64,000 bases of DNA from Octopus vulgaris (lineage: Eukaryota): assembly GCA_951406725.2 (NCBI GenBank), contig OX597818.1:22506001-22570000 (forward strand). Direction: 5' to 3'. Below, piece after piece: positions 13,235 to 25,920 of this stretch. Under the pieces are notes generated by a model. It ran no database searches, was not told the origin of the DNA, and was given only the letters and a program-made list of their open reading frames with translations. Position 1 is the first letter of the stretch. Each line of letters opens with the position of its first letter. A program made the translations under genes and the position numbers.

Positions 13235-13615
13235 GGCGCAGACATATGAATATGATATGAAATTTGCTTCATAATCACATGGTTCTGGGTTCAGTCCCAC
13301 TGCATGGCACTTTGGGCAAGTGTTTTCTACTATAGCCTTGGACTGACCAAGGCCTTGTGAGTGAATTTGAGAGAGAGAAACTGAAAGAAGCCCATTATGT
13401 GTGTGTGTGTCTGTGTTTGTTCCCCCTGCCACCAATTGACAACTGGTATTGGCGTGTTTACATCCCCATAACTTAGCAGCTCAGTAAAAGACACCAATAG
13501 AATAAGTACTAGGCTTAAGAAAAGTACACCTTGGGGGTCAATTTGTTTGACTAAAACCCTTGAAAGTGGTGCTCCAGCATGGTGCAGTCAAATGACTGAA
13601 TCAGGTAAAAGATAA
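13235..13615 (+). mobile_element. SINE family A (CpG-decayed)
   Basis: Full head-to-tail match to family A. Confidence 0.8.
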
Positions 13616-14879
13616 AAAAAAAAAAAAAATTAACAGCAGTAAAGATGTGAAATAATGTGCTGTTAATTAGCAGAATGACCTCCCCAATCCTTTATTACAT
13701 AGTCATATATTATCAAATTAACAAGTTCAATCATAGGTGAGCCCAATTCAGAGACAAATGATTAAAGATTTTCTTAACTTGACCATCTTAACTTTTTCAG
13801 CATTTAGTATTAAATAGTCTAACACTTCTTACCTTAGTTCTGTTCTGGCTTCTTCCGTACTTTAATCTCTCATCTAACATAAAGCCACATTCCTCTTTAT
13901 TGTAACTCCACTCACTCAAAAGGGAACTTAGACTCATGAACTGCATGGCAACCTCACAAGTGCTGGTGCCATGAAAAAAGCACCCAATGCCAAAGTTGGC
14001 ATTGGAATATGATGCAATCCTCAGACACACTGAATCCTCTCAAACCGTCCAACCCATGTCAGCATGGAAGCTGGTTAAATGATGATAATGATATGATTTG
14101 AAAGAAATTTAGTGATTTCTGTAGGCTCTTTCATTAGCTCATCATAAATTATGCCCAATATTATAAGCAGTGCACGTGTGTGTTGTTGTTGTTGTTGGCT
14201 TGAAGTAAACTTTGTTATTGTTTATTATCAAATCAGTTATATTCAAACAAAACTATGATGAAAAGCATTTTAGTTGTGAGTCCTACGGCCAGGAACCATA
14301 TTCTTCAATATAACATTTATTTAAGATGTGATTAGTGAGTTTTGGTTGCTATTTTCAGCAGGTTGAGCTATCATGTGCCAGCTGACTGTTGAATAAAATT
14401 GCCATTTCTCTCACCTTCTACACCCTTAAGCATTACATTTGACAGAGTAATCTGAAGGCCAAAGGGTTAATGTGCTGGACATGTACTATAATAGTCATTG
14501 TGAACAGGGTCATTGCTGTTAGTGTTGTTTAGCCATAGGCTGCGAAGATCTATGATCAAAAGCTCACCAGCATCCCCTACCTTTCCAGGAATAGCAAATC
14601 TAGAAGTGCATTATTCTGTGTATCACTACATTTTAAAAGACAGTAGGGGGTAGTTTATGAAGTTTTGACTGTTATTGTTAGCAGACAGAATGACTTTCAA
14701 CAAGCTCTTATCATTGGTTTTCCCCGAGTGAGATATATGACTCAAGTTACTTCAGTTGATCTGACTGAACATCAAAACAGCCCAAAGAAATTATTTAATT
14801 CTTACTTTACAATTGAGTGCTCACCAATGGGGATGGCTATAAAAAGAACTGCTCCAACAAAACCATCCCATAGATGAAA

Positions 14880-14939
<60 letters not shown>

Positions 14940-15019
14940 GTGTGTGTGTGTATATATAAAAAAATGTGTGTGTGTGTATATGTATGTGTATATATATATA
15001 TATATATATATAATGTGTG

Positions 15020-15071
<52 letters not shown>

Positions 15072-15630
15072 TGTATATATATGCATATAATGTTATTTGT
15101 ATCTGTATAGTTCATGCCTATAAGATAAAGACCAAAAGCTGAGAGCCAAGAACAAATCCTCAGAGAGTAGCGAAAAAATAGTTCCAGCATGACTGGGATT
15201 GGTACAGCTGCACTCAGCTTGTTCTCATGGCTCTATGGATAATTGAGGGGGGAAAAGTGTGCTCCGGTGTGGCAGAAAGAACCTGGGTACTCCCTGGTAG
15301 CATAAAAGCAGCTTGCCACTATAGGAAGAAGTGATTTACTTGGAAGGTTTCAAAAACATTGAGATCTTTAGTCAACAACTGATGAAGGAAGAGACTTGCA
15401 GAGCAAGCTGGATGGAAAATAATAAGAATAATAATGATTTTAAATTTTGGCAAAAGGCCAGCAATTTCAGGGGAGGGGATAAGTTGATTACATTGACCCC
15501 AGGGTCCAACTGGTACTTATTTTTATCGACCTCGGAATGGAACACAGAACATGAAAGACAGATGAAATGCTGCTCAGCATTTTTGTCTGATATGCAAATG
15601 ATTCTGCAAGCTCGGTGGTGATGGTGACAG

Positions 15631-15667
<37 letters not shown>

Positions 15668-16076
15668 CCTTTCTGCCATAGGCACAAGGCCTGAAATTTT
15701 GGGGGAGGGGACCAATCGATTACATTGACCTCTAATGAATGAAAGGCAAAGTCAACTTCCGTGGCATTTGAACTCATAAAATAAGAAATCAAAGCAAATG
15801 CTTACATGTTCATATGCATTCACAAGTCAGGTTCAGATCTTTGTATGGCTGCTTACAGATGTATACATCTGCATGTACATACATATGTGGGTGTATATTC
15901 ACACAAGAAGCCGTTGTATGTGTGTATAAGTCATGTTTATATATACACAATTTCCATATGCATACACATGTCTTTCTGTGTATATGTGTGTGTGTGTGTG
16001 TGATAGAGAGAGAGAGAAAGAGAGAGAGAGAGAGGGAGAGAGAAAGAGAGAGGGAGAGAGAAAGAGAGAGAGAAAA

Positions 16077-16114
<38 letters not shown>

Positions 16115-16566
16115 TGTGTGTCTACACATGTGGAAAGTACATTTTACATTTTTATTTAAAATTAAGTTTCCAAGAAGCATGTAATGAAAATTATTAATAT
16201 GAATATGTGTGTGGGTGTGCATGTATCTGAATGCAAAACATAAATAAAAATGAAAAAAAAATAACCATAAATAAAAACAAACAGAAACCAAAAAGAAACA
16301 AATGAAAAAGGATAGACTACATATATGAAATTTGATGATAATTATATTCGGCTGGTGAATGAATTAATGTACAATATTATATACATGTATGCATGTGTGT
16401 GTGTGTGTACAGAGAACTCATTCCCTGTATATCCTGGTTTTTTACAATATGTACACTGCATTCCTTTGCGTTGTGAGAGAGAATTTAAAGGGTTGGCATC
16501 AGGAAGGGCAACTCTGGCTATTAAAAACACTGTCTCAGAAAGTCCAGTTTACCACATGTCAACATA

Positions 16567-16724
16567 GGCGCAGCATGCCTGTGTGGTAAGGAGGCTGCTT
16601 CCCAACCACATGGTTCTGGGTTCAGTCCCACTGCGTGACACCTTGGGCAAGTGTCTTCTACTATAGCCTCGAGCTGACCAAAGCCTTGTGAGTGGATTTG
16701 GTAGACAGAAACTGAAAGAACCCT

Positions 16725-16777
<53 letters not shown>

Positions 16778-16975
16778 GTGTGTGTCTGTGCTTGTCCCTC
16801 CACTGTTGCTTGACAACCGATGTTGGTGTGTTTACATTCCTGTAACTTAGCAGTTTGGCAAAAGAGACCAATAGAATAAGTACTAGGCTTGCAAAGAATA
16901 AATCCTGGGGTTAATTTGTTTGACGAAAGGCAGTGCTCCAGCATGGTCAGAGTCAAACGACTGAAGTGAATAAAT
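16567..16975 (+). mobile_element. SINE family A
   Basis: GGCGCAGCATGCCTGTGTGGTAAG head, internal (TA)n and family tail. Confidence 0.85.
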
Positions 16976-17291
16976 AAATGGTAAAACACATTTGAAAGAT
17001 CAAAATAATGATTCTATATATGCATGTACACACACACACACATGCACATAAACATTACATACACACAAATGCATGGAAAACGCATGTTAAATGAAAATAA
17101 TGATGATGATGATGATAATGATAAGGGTGAGTGGACAAATGAAAGAAAAAGGTACTCAAAACATTTAGTAGGTGTTACATGTATTATTTAAAACAATTTC
17201 ATTCTGTAATCTAAACCTGAAAGAGATGGGCTTCTTCCAGAGGCCCGTGAAATTTTAAGTCGCGTGGCACTAAATCAAACTGTTTTAAATA

Positions 17292-17354
<63 letters not shown>

Positions 17355-17866
17355 CATACACACACGCGCATATATATATATACACATATACATACAATCA
17401 TACGTATGTTTATGTTGGTGGCTACCATACATGATGTGGTAAGCCAAAAATAATTTATCATCGTTTCAAATTTATAACTGCCATGAGCAGGAAATCCATT
17501 AGTGTTAATGAACATTTCTTTCAAAAGAGGCAAGGAAATGAACTCTTAAAGCTTCAGTTAACTTCAAATTAATTGAAAATATGTAGAAGGAGGAAGGTCA
17601 TACAGATCTTTAGTGGTTATGCTGACAGCCCCAGAATAGTTTTGTTCTTATTAGCCCAGCTCAGACAATCATAGCCAACACAAATCTACCTGATTACAGA
17701 GTGTCAAGAAGTAATGAATATAAGTACCAGTGATACACTGGTATCCCTTCAATGAACTCTACCCTTCCCATGCAAAATTGTGTGGCTGTGTGTGTGTATG
17801 TGTGTATATGTATGTGTGTGTATATGTATATATATATATAATATAAATAATAATAATAATAATAAT

Positions 17867-17915
<49 letters not shown>

Positions 17916-18289
17916 TATATGCATATATACATACATATATCTATACTGAAGACAAGGATGTCATGAAACATGTACAACAAAAAAGTACGAAGCACGAGTA
18001 CATGGAACATGAACTATTCTTTCGAACAATGAAAGACACAAATAGAAAACAAAACAAACATGAGAGGGTGCTGAAATGTTCTTGGCTTTAACGGAATTGT
18101 GAAAGGCCTGGCTGGAGGCCCAGCCTTCTAAGTTCTTTTACAACACTTAGAAAAACTGAAGGACTGATGCAATAAGTGTGTGAATCTGAGAGGAGAATAT
18201 GTTGAGTAAAATCATAATTAACTCCTGTATTTTCTTTTACCCAGGAACTTTTCAGCACCTATATATATATAAATGTATATATATTTCTA

Positions 18290-18342
<53 letters not shown>

Positions 18343-18428
18343 TGAGAGAGAGAGAGAGAGAGTGAGAGAGAGAAATGAAGGAAAGAAGCACTCAACATGT
18401 TTCGTAGGAGTTACATGTTATTATTTAA

Positions 18429-18660
18429 CCCTTTAGCATTCAAACTGGCCAAAACCAGCCATATCTGGCCTAAATATTCTATCTGTTTTATGTTCAAACC
18501 AACCAGATGCAATCCCTCACACCTACCCCTAAAATGTCCTTCTATAAATAAGCAATGACATGATGAAAATCTCAAAGCTGCAAAGATGATGCATGATTAA
18601 TTCAAAACAGTGTGAACAAATAAGCAGAACATTTGACAGAGTAATCTGAATACTGAAGGA
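18429..18660. mobile_element. piggyBac-type MITE
   Basis: TTAA|CCCTTTAGCATTCA at the left end and decayed inverted TGAATACTGAAGGA|CTAA at the right. An internally deleted relative ending AAAGGG|TTAA lies at ~14423-14470. Confidence 0.65.
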
Positions 18661-19134
18661 CTAAAGCAGTCTGATTTGGCCCCATGCAACTTACAGTTTT
18701 GTAGGCTTGTAAAGCAAGACCTCTTGTGATGAGCCTATGAAATGAATGCTGTTCTAAATAATGCGAATGATAATAACAATAATAACAATCTCTTCTAATT
18801 TTGACAGGTTTGGTGAATTTATCTTCTACAAAGAAATATGTAAAGAAATGCAATAGGGAAACCATCTTCGTATTCCCACCTGAAAATCCCATGACAAGCA
18901 CATAGTACTTGCCAAGGAAGTCATCAGGATTTTATTCATCAATCTGGTGTTACAAGGAAAGAAAAGAGGGCAATGGAAAACAGAATTGGTAGAGCATCGT
19001 ACAAAATTGCTTGTGGCATTTAGTTTTGTCTTACTATGTTCAAATTCTGCAGAAACCAACTAAATCTTTCTTCCTTCTGGGGTCAATAAAATGAAATATC
19101 AATGAAATACTAGGATCAATTTTGTCAACTTTTC

Positions 19135-19515
19135 TCTTGGGCAAGTGTCTTTTACTATAGCCCAGGGCTGACCAGAGCCTTTTGAGTGAGTTTCATAAAT
19201 AGAAACTGAAAAAAGTCCACTACGTACTGTATGTATGTGCCTGTATGTTTGCATGAGTGAATTGTGTGTTTGTATATCCTTGTCTTGACATTGCATAAGA
19301 CTTGCAAAAGAGAGTCACTGTCAAACAGTATCATTCATTTCCAATATCCTGTAGAAACAAGTTAAGCCTTGGGAAAATATTACCTTGCTTGGGAACAAGT
19401 AAAGGTTAGTGACAGGAAGGACACTTCGTTGTAGAAAACTTGCCTCAATAAGCCCCATCCAACTTATGCAAGCATGGAAAAGTAGATGTTAACATGATGA
19501 CAATGATGATGATGT
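19135..19515 (+). mobile_element. SINE with family A body and RTE-derived 3' tail
   Basis: CTTGGGCAAGTGTC...GAAACTGAAA body, then a tail ending CCAACTTATGCAAGCATGGAAAA...GTTAA...GATGATG that matches the RTE end at ~6140-6190. Confidence 0.65.
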
Positions 19516-20039
19516 ACTTAAGCTAGAAATCATTAAACAATAAAATTTCTAAAATAAATACACAATTTTGGAGTGTGAGGGGGCTCCGTTACCTTTCCTG
19601 TAAGTCGTGAAGCTATTCAGTTTATACTGCATGGTTTTTAAAAAAAACAAGGCCAACATGCTTTTTTCTTCTAAATAAACATCCCATATTTAATTTATTT
19701 TGGCACTGTTTCATATTTACAAATCTTCGTTTTAAGTATAACAAGCAGAGAAAGCAAATGGAAAAAAATTAAATATTTCCTTTATTGATTCTTTCATTGG
19801 TTTCAGTCACTGGCCATGGCCATGCTGGAGCACTGCCTTTGAGAGTTTTATCTATCATATGAAACCCAGTACATATTTTAGCCTAGTATCTATTTTATTG
19901 ATCTCTTTCCTCAAATGACTAAGTTAACATAAAGGGCTTGAACCTGGTTTACACTGATAAACATACACATAAATATAGACACAAAAACACTTTCTTTTAA
20001 GATATGTAGAGGAAGAAGGGGCAGCCACCATTACTTTTG

Positions 20040-21470
20040 TAGGCTTTCTAAGTATGATGAGACTTATGCAATTGATATTTATCTTAAACATATAAAAGTC
20101 AATGTTTGTAGGAAAGGTATGTACAGGGGTGGATGTGGAGAGTTCCAGAAGACTGTTGTTCTAAGAAGACCACAATCTTCTGGAAGGGAAGTGCTTAGTG
20201 AAGGGTCAGGTGATGAGTCTGAGTAAGTGTGATGAGAGAGAAAAAAATTGCTTAAATAGATAGGTCTTGAAGTAGAAGGTACCCATCCACTACATCAAAA
20301 GAACAGAGGACAATTTAGCAGAATCACAGAAGAGGTAGGGAGAAGAAACTGTAATTCAATGAAATAATGATTCTAGTATATTGGTGAGTAAATAATTACC
20401 AATTAGAATGGACGGCCTTCTTTAAGATATAGTCAAGGATAGAAATGGGCACCTTGTTCATGTTAGAAGGCCAATGTCATCCAACAAGGCCACATTTCAA
20501 AAAGAAAATTTTGACACTGCTAAACCAATCTCTATATATATAAAGCTGAAGTTGTCTGTGTATGGCAGGTTTGGTAGCCTTCAACTAACACTATCTCCTC
20601 CGAGACCCTGCAGCGCAAGTTGACCAAAATTGAGAGTATGATAGAAGGCTTGCTCTTCCTTCCGTAGAAGAAAAAATTCAAATTGGACCATGTTAACACC
20701 AAAAATTATTTACATCAAAAAGGTGCATTTTTTTCTATGAAAATCCCTATTTTTTACGATTTTTTTTACTGCTGTGTCGCCATTTTTTGGTGTATTTCAA
20801 CCAGAAAAATGTTCACTTAAAGAGAATAACAAGCTACAAAATGCAAAATTTTTATTTTTCAAAAATTCCAATTCTAAAGGGTTGAAACAAACCTGAGCAA
20901 CGCCGGGCGATACTGCTAGTTAATTTATAAAATACAAATATTCATTAAAAACTTTAAAGAAAGTGTAAAAACAAAAGTAGATTTTCAGAATATATACCTC
21001 CATTGTAATTTTTTCCAAAATTTCTTTGGAGTTCCATGTTTTATATGCAATTGTTATTATTTTAAACACTACAGCTATAGATGAAGAAATATAAATTGGA
21101 GTTTCTTAAATTCACAATTAGTTGAAAAGATATGCTTTAAATAAAATCAAAATCAACAAAAAAATATATTCCAACATATCAGTTTTCCCCCAAATGTAGT
21201 ACTTCATTTAGAAGCTCAAAAGTAGTCAGCCAATAGGCTACAGGTCTGGTCCCTCACCTCTGGTCTAGCATGTCTTAATGTGAAGCAGCCATAGCACAGA
21301 CCCATACAAATAAGCAGTACTCCAATGAGGGTTTTTACTTATGCTTTGTTAGAACTAAAATGTGGAAGGTTCACTGGGAACAAAAGTCTATAGGTGAGTT
21401 CCTAGCTGAAGTACAAAAGCTGTGAGATTAAGATGCTGGACTAACGGAGAAATATAAAGTCAATAGTTTG
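20040..21470 (-). mobile_element. Highly decayed CR1-group LINE 3' remnant, interrupted by a Helitron
   Basis: Minus strand gives KA.V..P.LEYC..VW-like (~21300-21350) and LRTTVFWNS...FKININ-like (~20060-20170) peptides, typical of CR1-group RT C-termini. Many stops and frameshifts. Confidence 0.45.
20529..20919 (+). mobile_element. Non-autonomous Helitron-type element
   Basis: A|TCTCTATATATATAAAG start, subterminal hairpin CCTGAGCAACGCCGGG (20892-20907), CTAG|T end. Confidence 0.8.
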
Positions 21471-22284
21471 GATCTTACCACTGTGTCTGATATGTATAGT
21501 GTTTGTTTTTATGTTTATTAGTATGATGTATGTAAATTGTGTGGGTATTGATGTTATTGTTTAGCCCCAGGTCAGCTCTGATCAACCAGAATTATGGTAA
21601 ACAGATATCCTGCTGTGAATAATCCATTTCTTTCCAGACTATCATCCAATGAGTTATTCAATTTTTGTTTTTAAAAAGGAGTAGGGCTTCATTTAAGAGA
21701 GATTTGGCTGTTTTTTCTAGTAGACTGGTCTGTCATGTAGAGATGAGCTTAATTATTTCTTTGTAAACATCAGACATTATTGTGTGACGTTAAAAGTATG
21801 TAACTGATGGATGCACAGTGTGTGTGTGTGTGTTTGATGAGTATGAAGGATATATGGTTGATGAATATGGTCAGATGGGGTGTTAAGGAACCAGATGGCA
21901 GGCAACAGATTTTATGTTTATGTGATGTATAAGAAGAGAATGAGAGGGGAAGGGGAGAGAGAGGTAGATAGAGTGAAATGAGTGTTAGTGTGTGTGATTT
22001 ATTTGGGTAGCAATCCTCATACATGTGAGGTTTTAGTTATTTACCATTTTTCACTATGCACTAGTTGTAATAAATGGAACTCAAGATTCAAAGAAAGAAC
22101 AGCATAATTTGGTTGTTGTCTATTCTTGTTTAGTTACTCTTATTATGAGATACGTTTCAGCTGAACAAAGCAATTTATTGTATTTCGATTCTGTTGGCTT
22201 TCTTGATCATATATGTTGATTCCTCTTCTTTTGTCTCAACATTTTTCAATCACATTACACACGATTCAAAAACCCTTTATTTCA

Positions 22285-22700
22285 AGCACCCACTACACTC
22301 TCGGAGTGGTTGGCATTAGGAAGGGCATCCAGCAGTAGAAACTCTGCCAAATCAAGATTGGAGCCTGGTGCAACCATCTGGTTCGCCAGCCCTTAGTCAT
22401 GGAAAACGGACATTAAACGACAACGATGATGATGATGATGATGATTGAAGTGGGTACTGGTGCCATGTAGAAGGCACTGCTGTTGGTGTCACTTAAAAAG
22501 CACTGATGATGGTGCCACATAAAAAAAAACACCCAGTACACTGTGGAGTGGTAGGCATTAGGAAGGGTGTCCAGCTGTTGAAACCAAATTAAAACAAACT
22601 ATGGAACCTGGTGCTTCCTTTGGCCTTACCAGTTCCTATCAAGCCATCCAACCCATGCCAGCATGGAAAATGGATGTTAAATGATGATGATGATGATGAT
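22285..22700 (+). mobile_element. Two stacked RTE 3'-end fragments, each ending in (GAT)n
   Basis: GAGTGGT.GGCATTAGGAAGGG...CCAGC...(GAT)n occurs twice and matches 6040-6190. Confidence 0.75.
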
Positions 22701-22704
22701 ATCA

Positions 22705-23122
22705 TCTTTGTTTTAACATCCACTTTTCTATGCTTGCATGGGTTGGGTGGAATCTATTGAGGTGGATTTGCTATGAATGGATGCTTTGTCCATTACTAAC
22801 CCTCACCTGTTTCCAAGTAAGATGTTTCTGCATAACCAGACATCTTGGAAACAAAGGACACTGCTTGCATGTCGGTGACGTTTGTTTACAACTATGACAT
22901 GATGTCAAGGCAAGGGGGCGGTAACACGCACACATACACACACACAAACACACATACATATATGACAGGTTTGTTTCAGTTTCCATCTACTAATCCACTC
23001 ACAAGGTTTTAGATGACCTAGGGCTATAGTGAAAGACATTTTCACAAAATGCCATGCAGTGGGATTGAACCCAGAACCATGTGGTTGGGAAGCAAACTTC
23101 GTACAACAACCACACTTGCGCC
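22705..23122 (-). mobile_element. SINE with family A head and RTE-derived tail
   Basis: Reverse complement has the family A head and the same tail as 19135-19515. Confidence 0.7.
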
Positions 23123-24231
23123 TACATGCATAACACTACTTCTACCAAATGTTGAACGTAAATCTTGTTTCTTATAAATGTTCTAATTAAAAACTTGTTA
23201 ATTTTCTCTGAACGAATTACAGCTTCTCTTCAAAATCTACTTTTCAGAAATTTTGGAAATGAACAGGATTAAACTAGATCGATTTATTTTACCATCTATG
23301 CATCTGAAGTTATGTGAAAAAAACAAAACAAAAACAAAGGAGAACTTGAAAAAATACATTATTTTAGTTGCCCTTTTTACATCCATAGTTTCTACATATG
23401 GATGTAATATATATTTGATGCCCTATATTTATGAAACAGTAGGGTCATGATTTTTCGGCAGATTTGACTGTTATTCCTAGCAGGTTTAACGACTGCATAG
23501 AAATCTTGTATATGGATTTATATGTAAGTATATAAAATGCGTGTGAGTATGTGTAGGTACACATGTTAAACGCTGAGACCTAGACAGACAAATGAATACA
23601 CACACACGCACACATAACCACGTATGAACATAATGAATATTCTCAGTTAAAGAAAAAACATACACTCTGTGCATATGGGAGCTTATAAATTCTACAGCAA
23701 AAATTGTGCTGTGATTTAGTGTGAATGAATGTGCTTGCCTACACATAAGTATATATACGTATGTGTGTGTGTAGTCTACCTTAAAGAGATGGGAAAGGGA
23801 AGTGAGGACAGAAGTGTGTGTGTATATATATATATATGTGCGTGCTTTTTTTTTTAGCAGCTATATACATGCTATCCCTAACTTACACACTACTAAATGG
23901 GAGAGCGTTGGGATAGAGGGAATATAAACCTCCTTAAACAGGGTGACGTTGGAGAAGGTGTTAGTGAAAAAGGATAGCGGTGACGGTGGCGGAGAGCCCA
24001 GAACGACCGTGGTGGGGATGCGGTGAGGTACAGAGGGAGGAAAGGGGCTACGAGACAGAGGTAATAGAGTAGAAGTAACTATTTAGCTGCTGTTTCACTA
24101 ATCCTCAAACCTAACCTACTCCGTCTGTGAAAAAATAAGACAGGGAAGAAACAGATAGTGTGTGTGTGTGGTATAATGTATAATGTATGTATATATATAT
24201 GTGTGTGTGGATATATATGTGTGTATGTGTG

Positions 24232-24315
<84 letters not shown>

Positions 24316-24321
24316 CACACA

Positions 24322-24580
24322 TGGCGCAATGTCCCAGTGGTTAGCGGACTCGCGGTTTCGATTCCCAGACAGGGCGTTGTGAGTGTTTATTGAGCGAAAA
24401 TACCTAAAGATCCACGAGGCTCCGGCAGGGGGTGGTGGCGATCCCTGCTGTACTTTTTCGCCACAACTTTCTCTCACTCTTTCTTTTGTTGGCCTGATCC
24501 CTTAGCCAGCGGGGTGGCGTCATTTAAAGGCTAAAACAATGCCAAGCGCATTGTGACCAGCGATGTGTAGCAACATCTGA
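24322..24580 (+). mobile_element. tRNA-derived SINE, family C-like
   Basis: A-box-like TGTCCCAGTGGTTAG and B-box GGTTTCGATTCC. The tail GCATTGTGACCAGCGATGTGTAGCAACATCTGATA also occurs inverted at ~29280-29315. Confidence 0.7.
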
Positions 24581-24584
24581 TATT

Positions 24585-25076
24585 GTTTTACTTGTTTCAG
24601 CCATTCGACTGCGTCCATTCCGGAGCACCGCTTTGAAAGGTTTTAGTCGAACAAATCGACAAATCAATATATGTTTCTTAAGCCTAGTACTTATTCTATC
24701 GGTTGCTTTCAACGAACGCTAAGTTACGGGAACGTAAACACACCAACAACTGTTGTCAAAAACGGTGATGGGGACACACACAAAGACACAGGTACACACA
24801 ACACACACATATATATAAATAAATATATATATATATAAAGGAAATGAAGAAAATGCTGACAAAATAATTTAAGTAATTTAATTAAGTAAAAGTTCTTGAG
24901 GAAAAAATCTATCAGAAAGGAACTCTATCTCTCTTAAAAAAACATCTTTTGATAAGCATAACAAATGCGCAACCGGTAAAAGAACTTTCACCTAATTAAA
25001 TTACTTAAATTATTTTGTCAGCATTTTCTTCATTTCCTTTTTTATATATCACAACTCGTGTTCCACATCTCCTTTT

Positions 25077-25142
<66 letters not shown>

Positions 25143-25290
25143 AGTATAGACAACGGGCTTCTTTCAGTTTCCGTCTACCAAATCCACTCACAAGACTCTG
25201 GTCGGCCCGAGACACTTACTCAAGGTGCCACGCAGTGTGACTGAGTTCAGAATCATGTGATTGGGAAGCAAGTTTCTTACCACACAGCCA
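24585..25290 (-). mobile_element. SINE family A with a palindromic insert nested in its internal (TA)n
   Basis: The tail half (24585-24800) and head half (25150-25290) flank the insert at 24837-25080. Confidence 0.8.
24837..25040. repeat. Long inverted repeat: 61-bp arms, 2 mismatches, 82-bp spacer
   Basis: 24837-24897 is the reverse complement of 24980-25040. Confidence 0.95.
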
Positions 25291-25337
25291 AGTCACACAA
25301 TAAAAGCAGACTACATATCGAAATAAATACAATTTTT

Positions 25338-25920
25338 TATCTTTTACATGTTTCGGTCATTGGATTGCGGTCATGTTGAGGATTGAAGGGTTTCGTCGAA
25401 CAAATCAACCCCATTACCTAAGCACTTAATTTAAGACTGGTGCTTACTTAATCAGTTTCTTTGTCGAACCGTTAAGTTACAAAAACGTAAACAAGCTAAC
25501 ACCAGCTGTCAAACGGAGGCGGGGGAGCAATGTTACCACAAAGCACAACATACATCTCTGTCTATATATCTACCCTCTCTATAATATTATCAATTAATAT
25601 GAAAATACGTATCAATGGAAAAACCTCTATAAATGGCTGATGATTGCTCAACATTTTAAAACTGCTGTAATACTTACAATGTTTAATAAAATGATGTAGC
25701 GTGAAACGATCGTACCAAATTACTGAAGATATTCTTGTTGCTTATTTTGAGTATATATATATATATATATATAAGCGACGAGCTTCTACGCAGTTTCCAT
25801 GTACCAAATTCACTCACAAGGCATCACCCCAGCGCTTAACCAAGGTGCCACGGAATGGGACTGAAATCGAAACCGTTTGGTTGTAAAACGAGCTTCTTAA
25901 CCAAACAATCATACCACCCG
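25338..25920 (-). mobile_element. Decayed SINE family A with a hammerhead cassette nested in its microsatellite
   Basis: The tail half (25338-25540) and head half (25775-25920) flank the insert at ~25575-25752. Confidence 0.7.
25634..25717 (+). ncRNA. Type I hammerhead ribozyme, canonical core
   Basis: UGG-CUGAUGA(25637-43)-[uUGCU..CAUUUUA...UAAAAUG..AGCGu stem II]-GAAA(25703-06)-CGAUCG-UA-CCA. Stem III is the palindrome ACGAUCGU, with predicted cleavage after 25714. Confidence 0.75.

Noticed and set aside
17450-17530. Minus-strand UUGAAAGA...GAAACGAUGAUA
   Set aside because: Too degenerate in core and stems to call a hammerhead.
17946-17978. CUGAAGA...GAAA-CAUG-UA hammerhead-like string
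   Set aside because: The core and palindrome match, but neither stem I nor stem II can pair in register.
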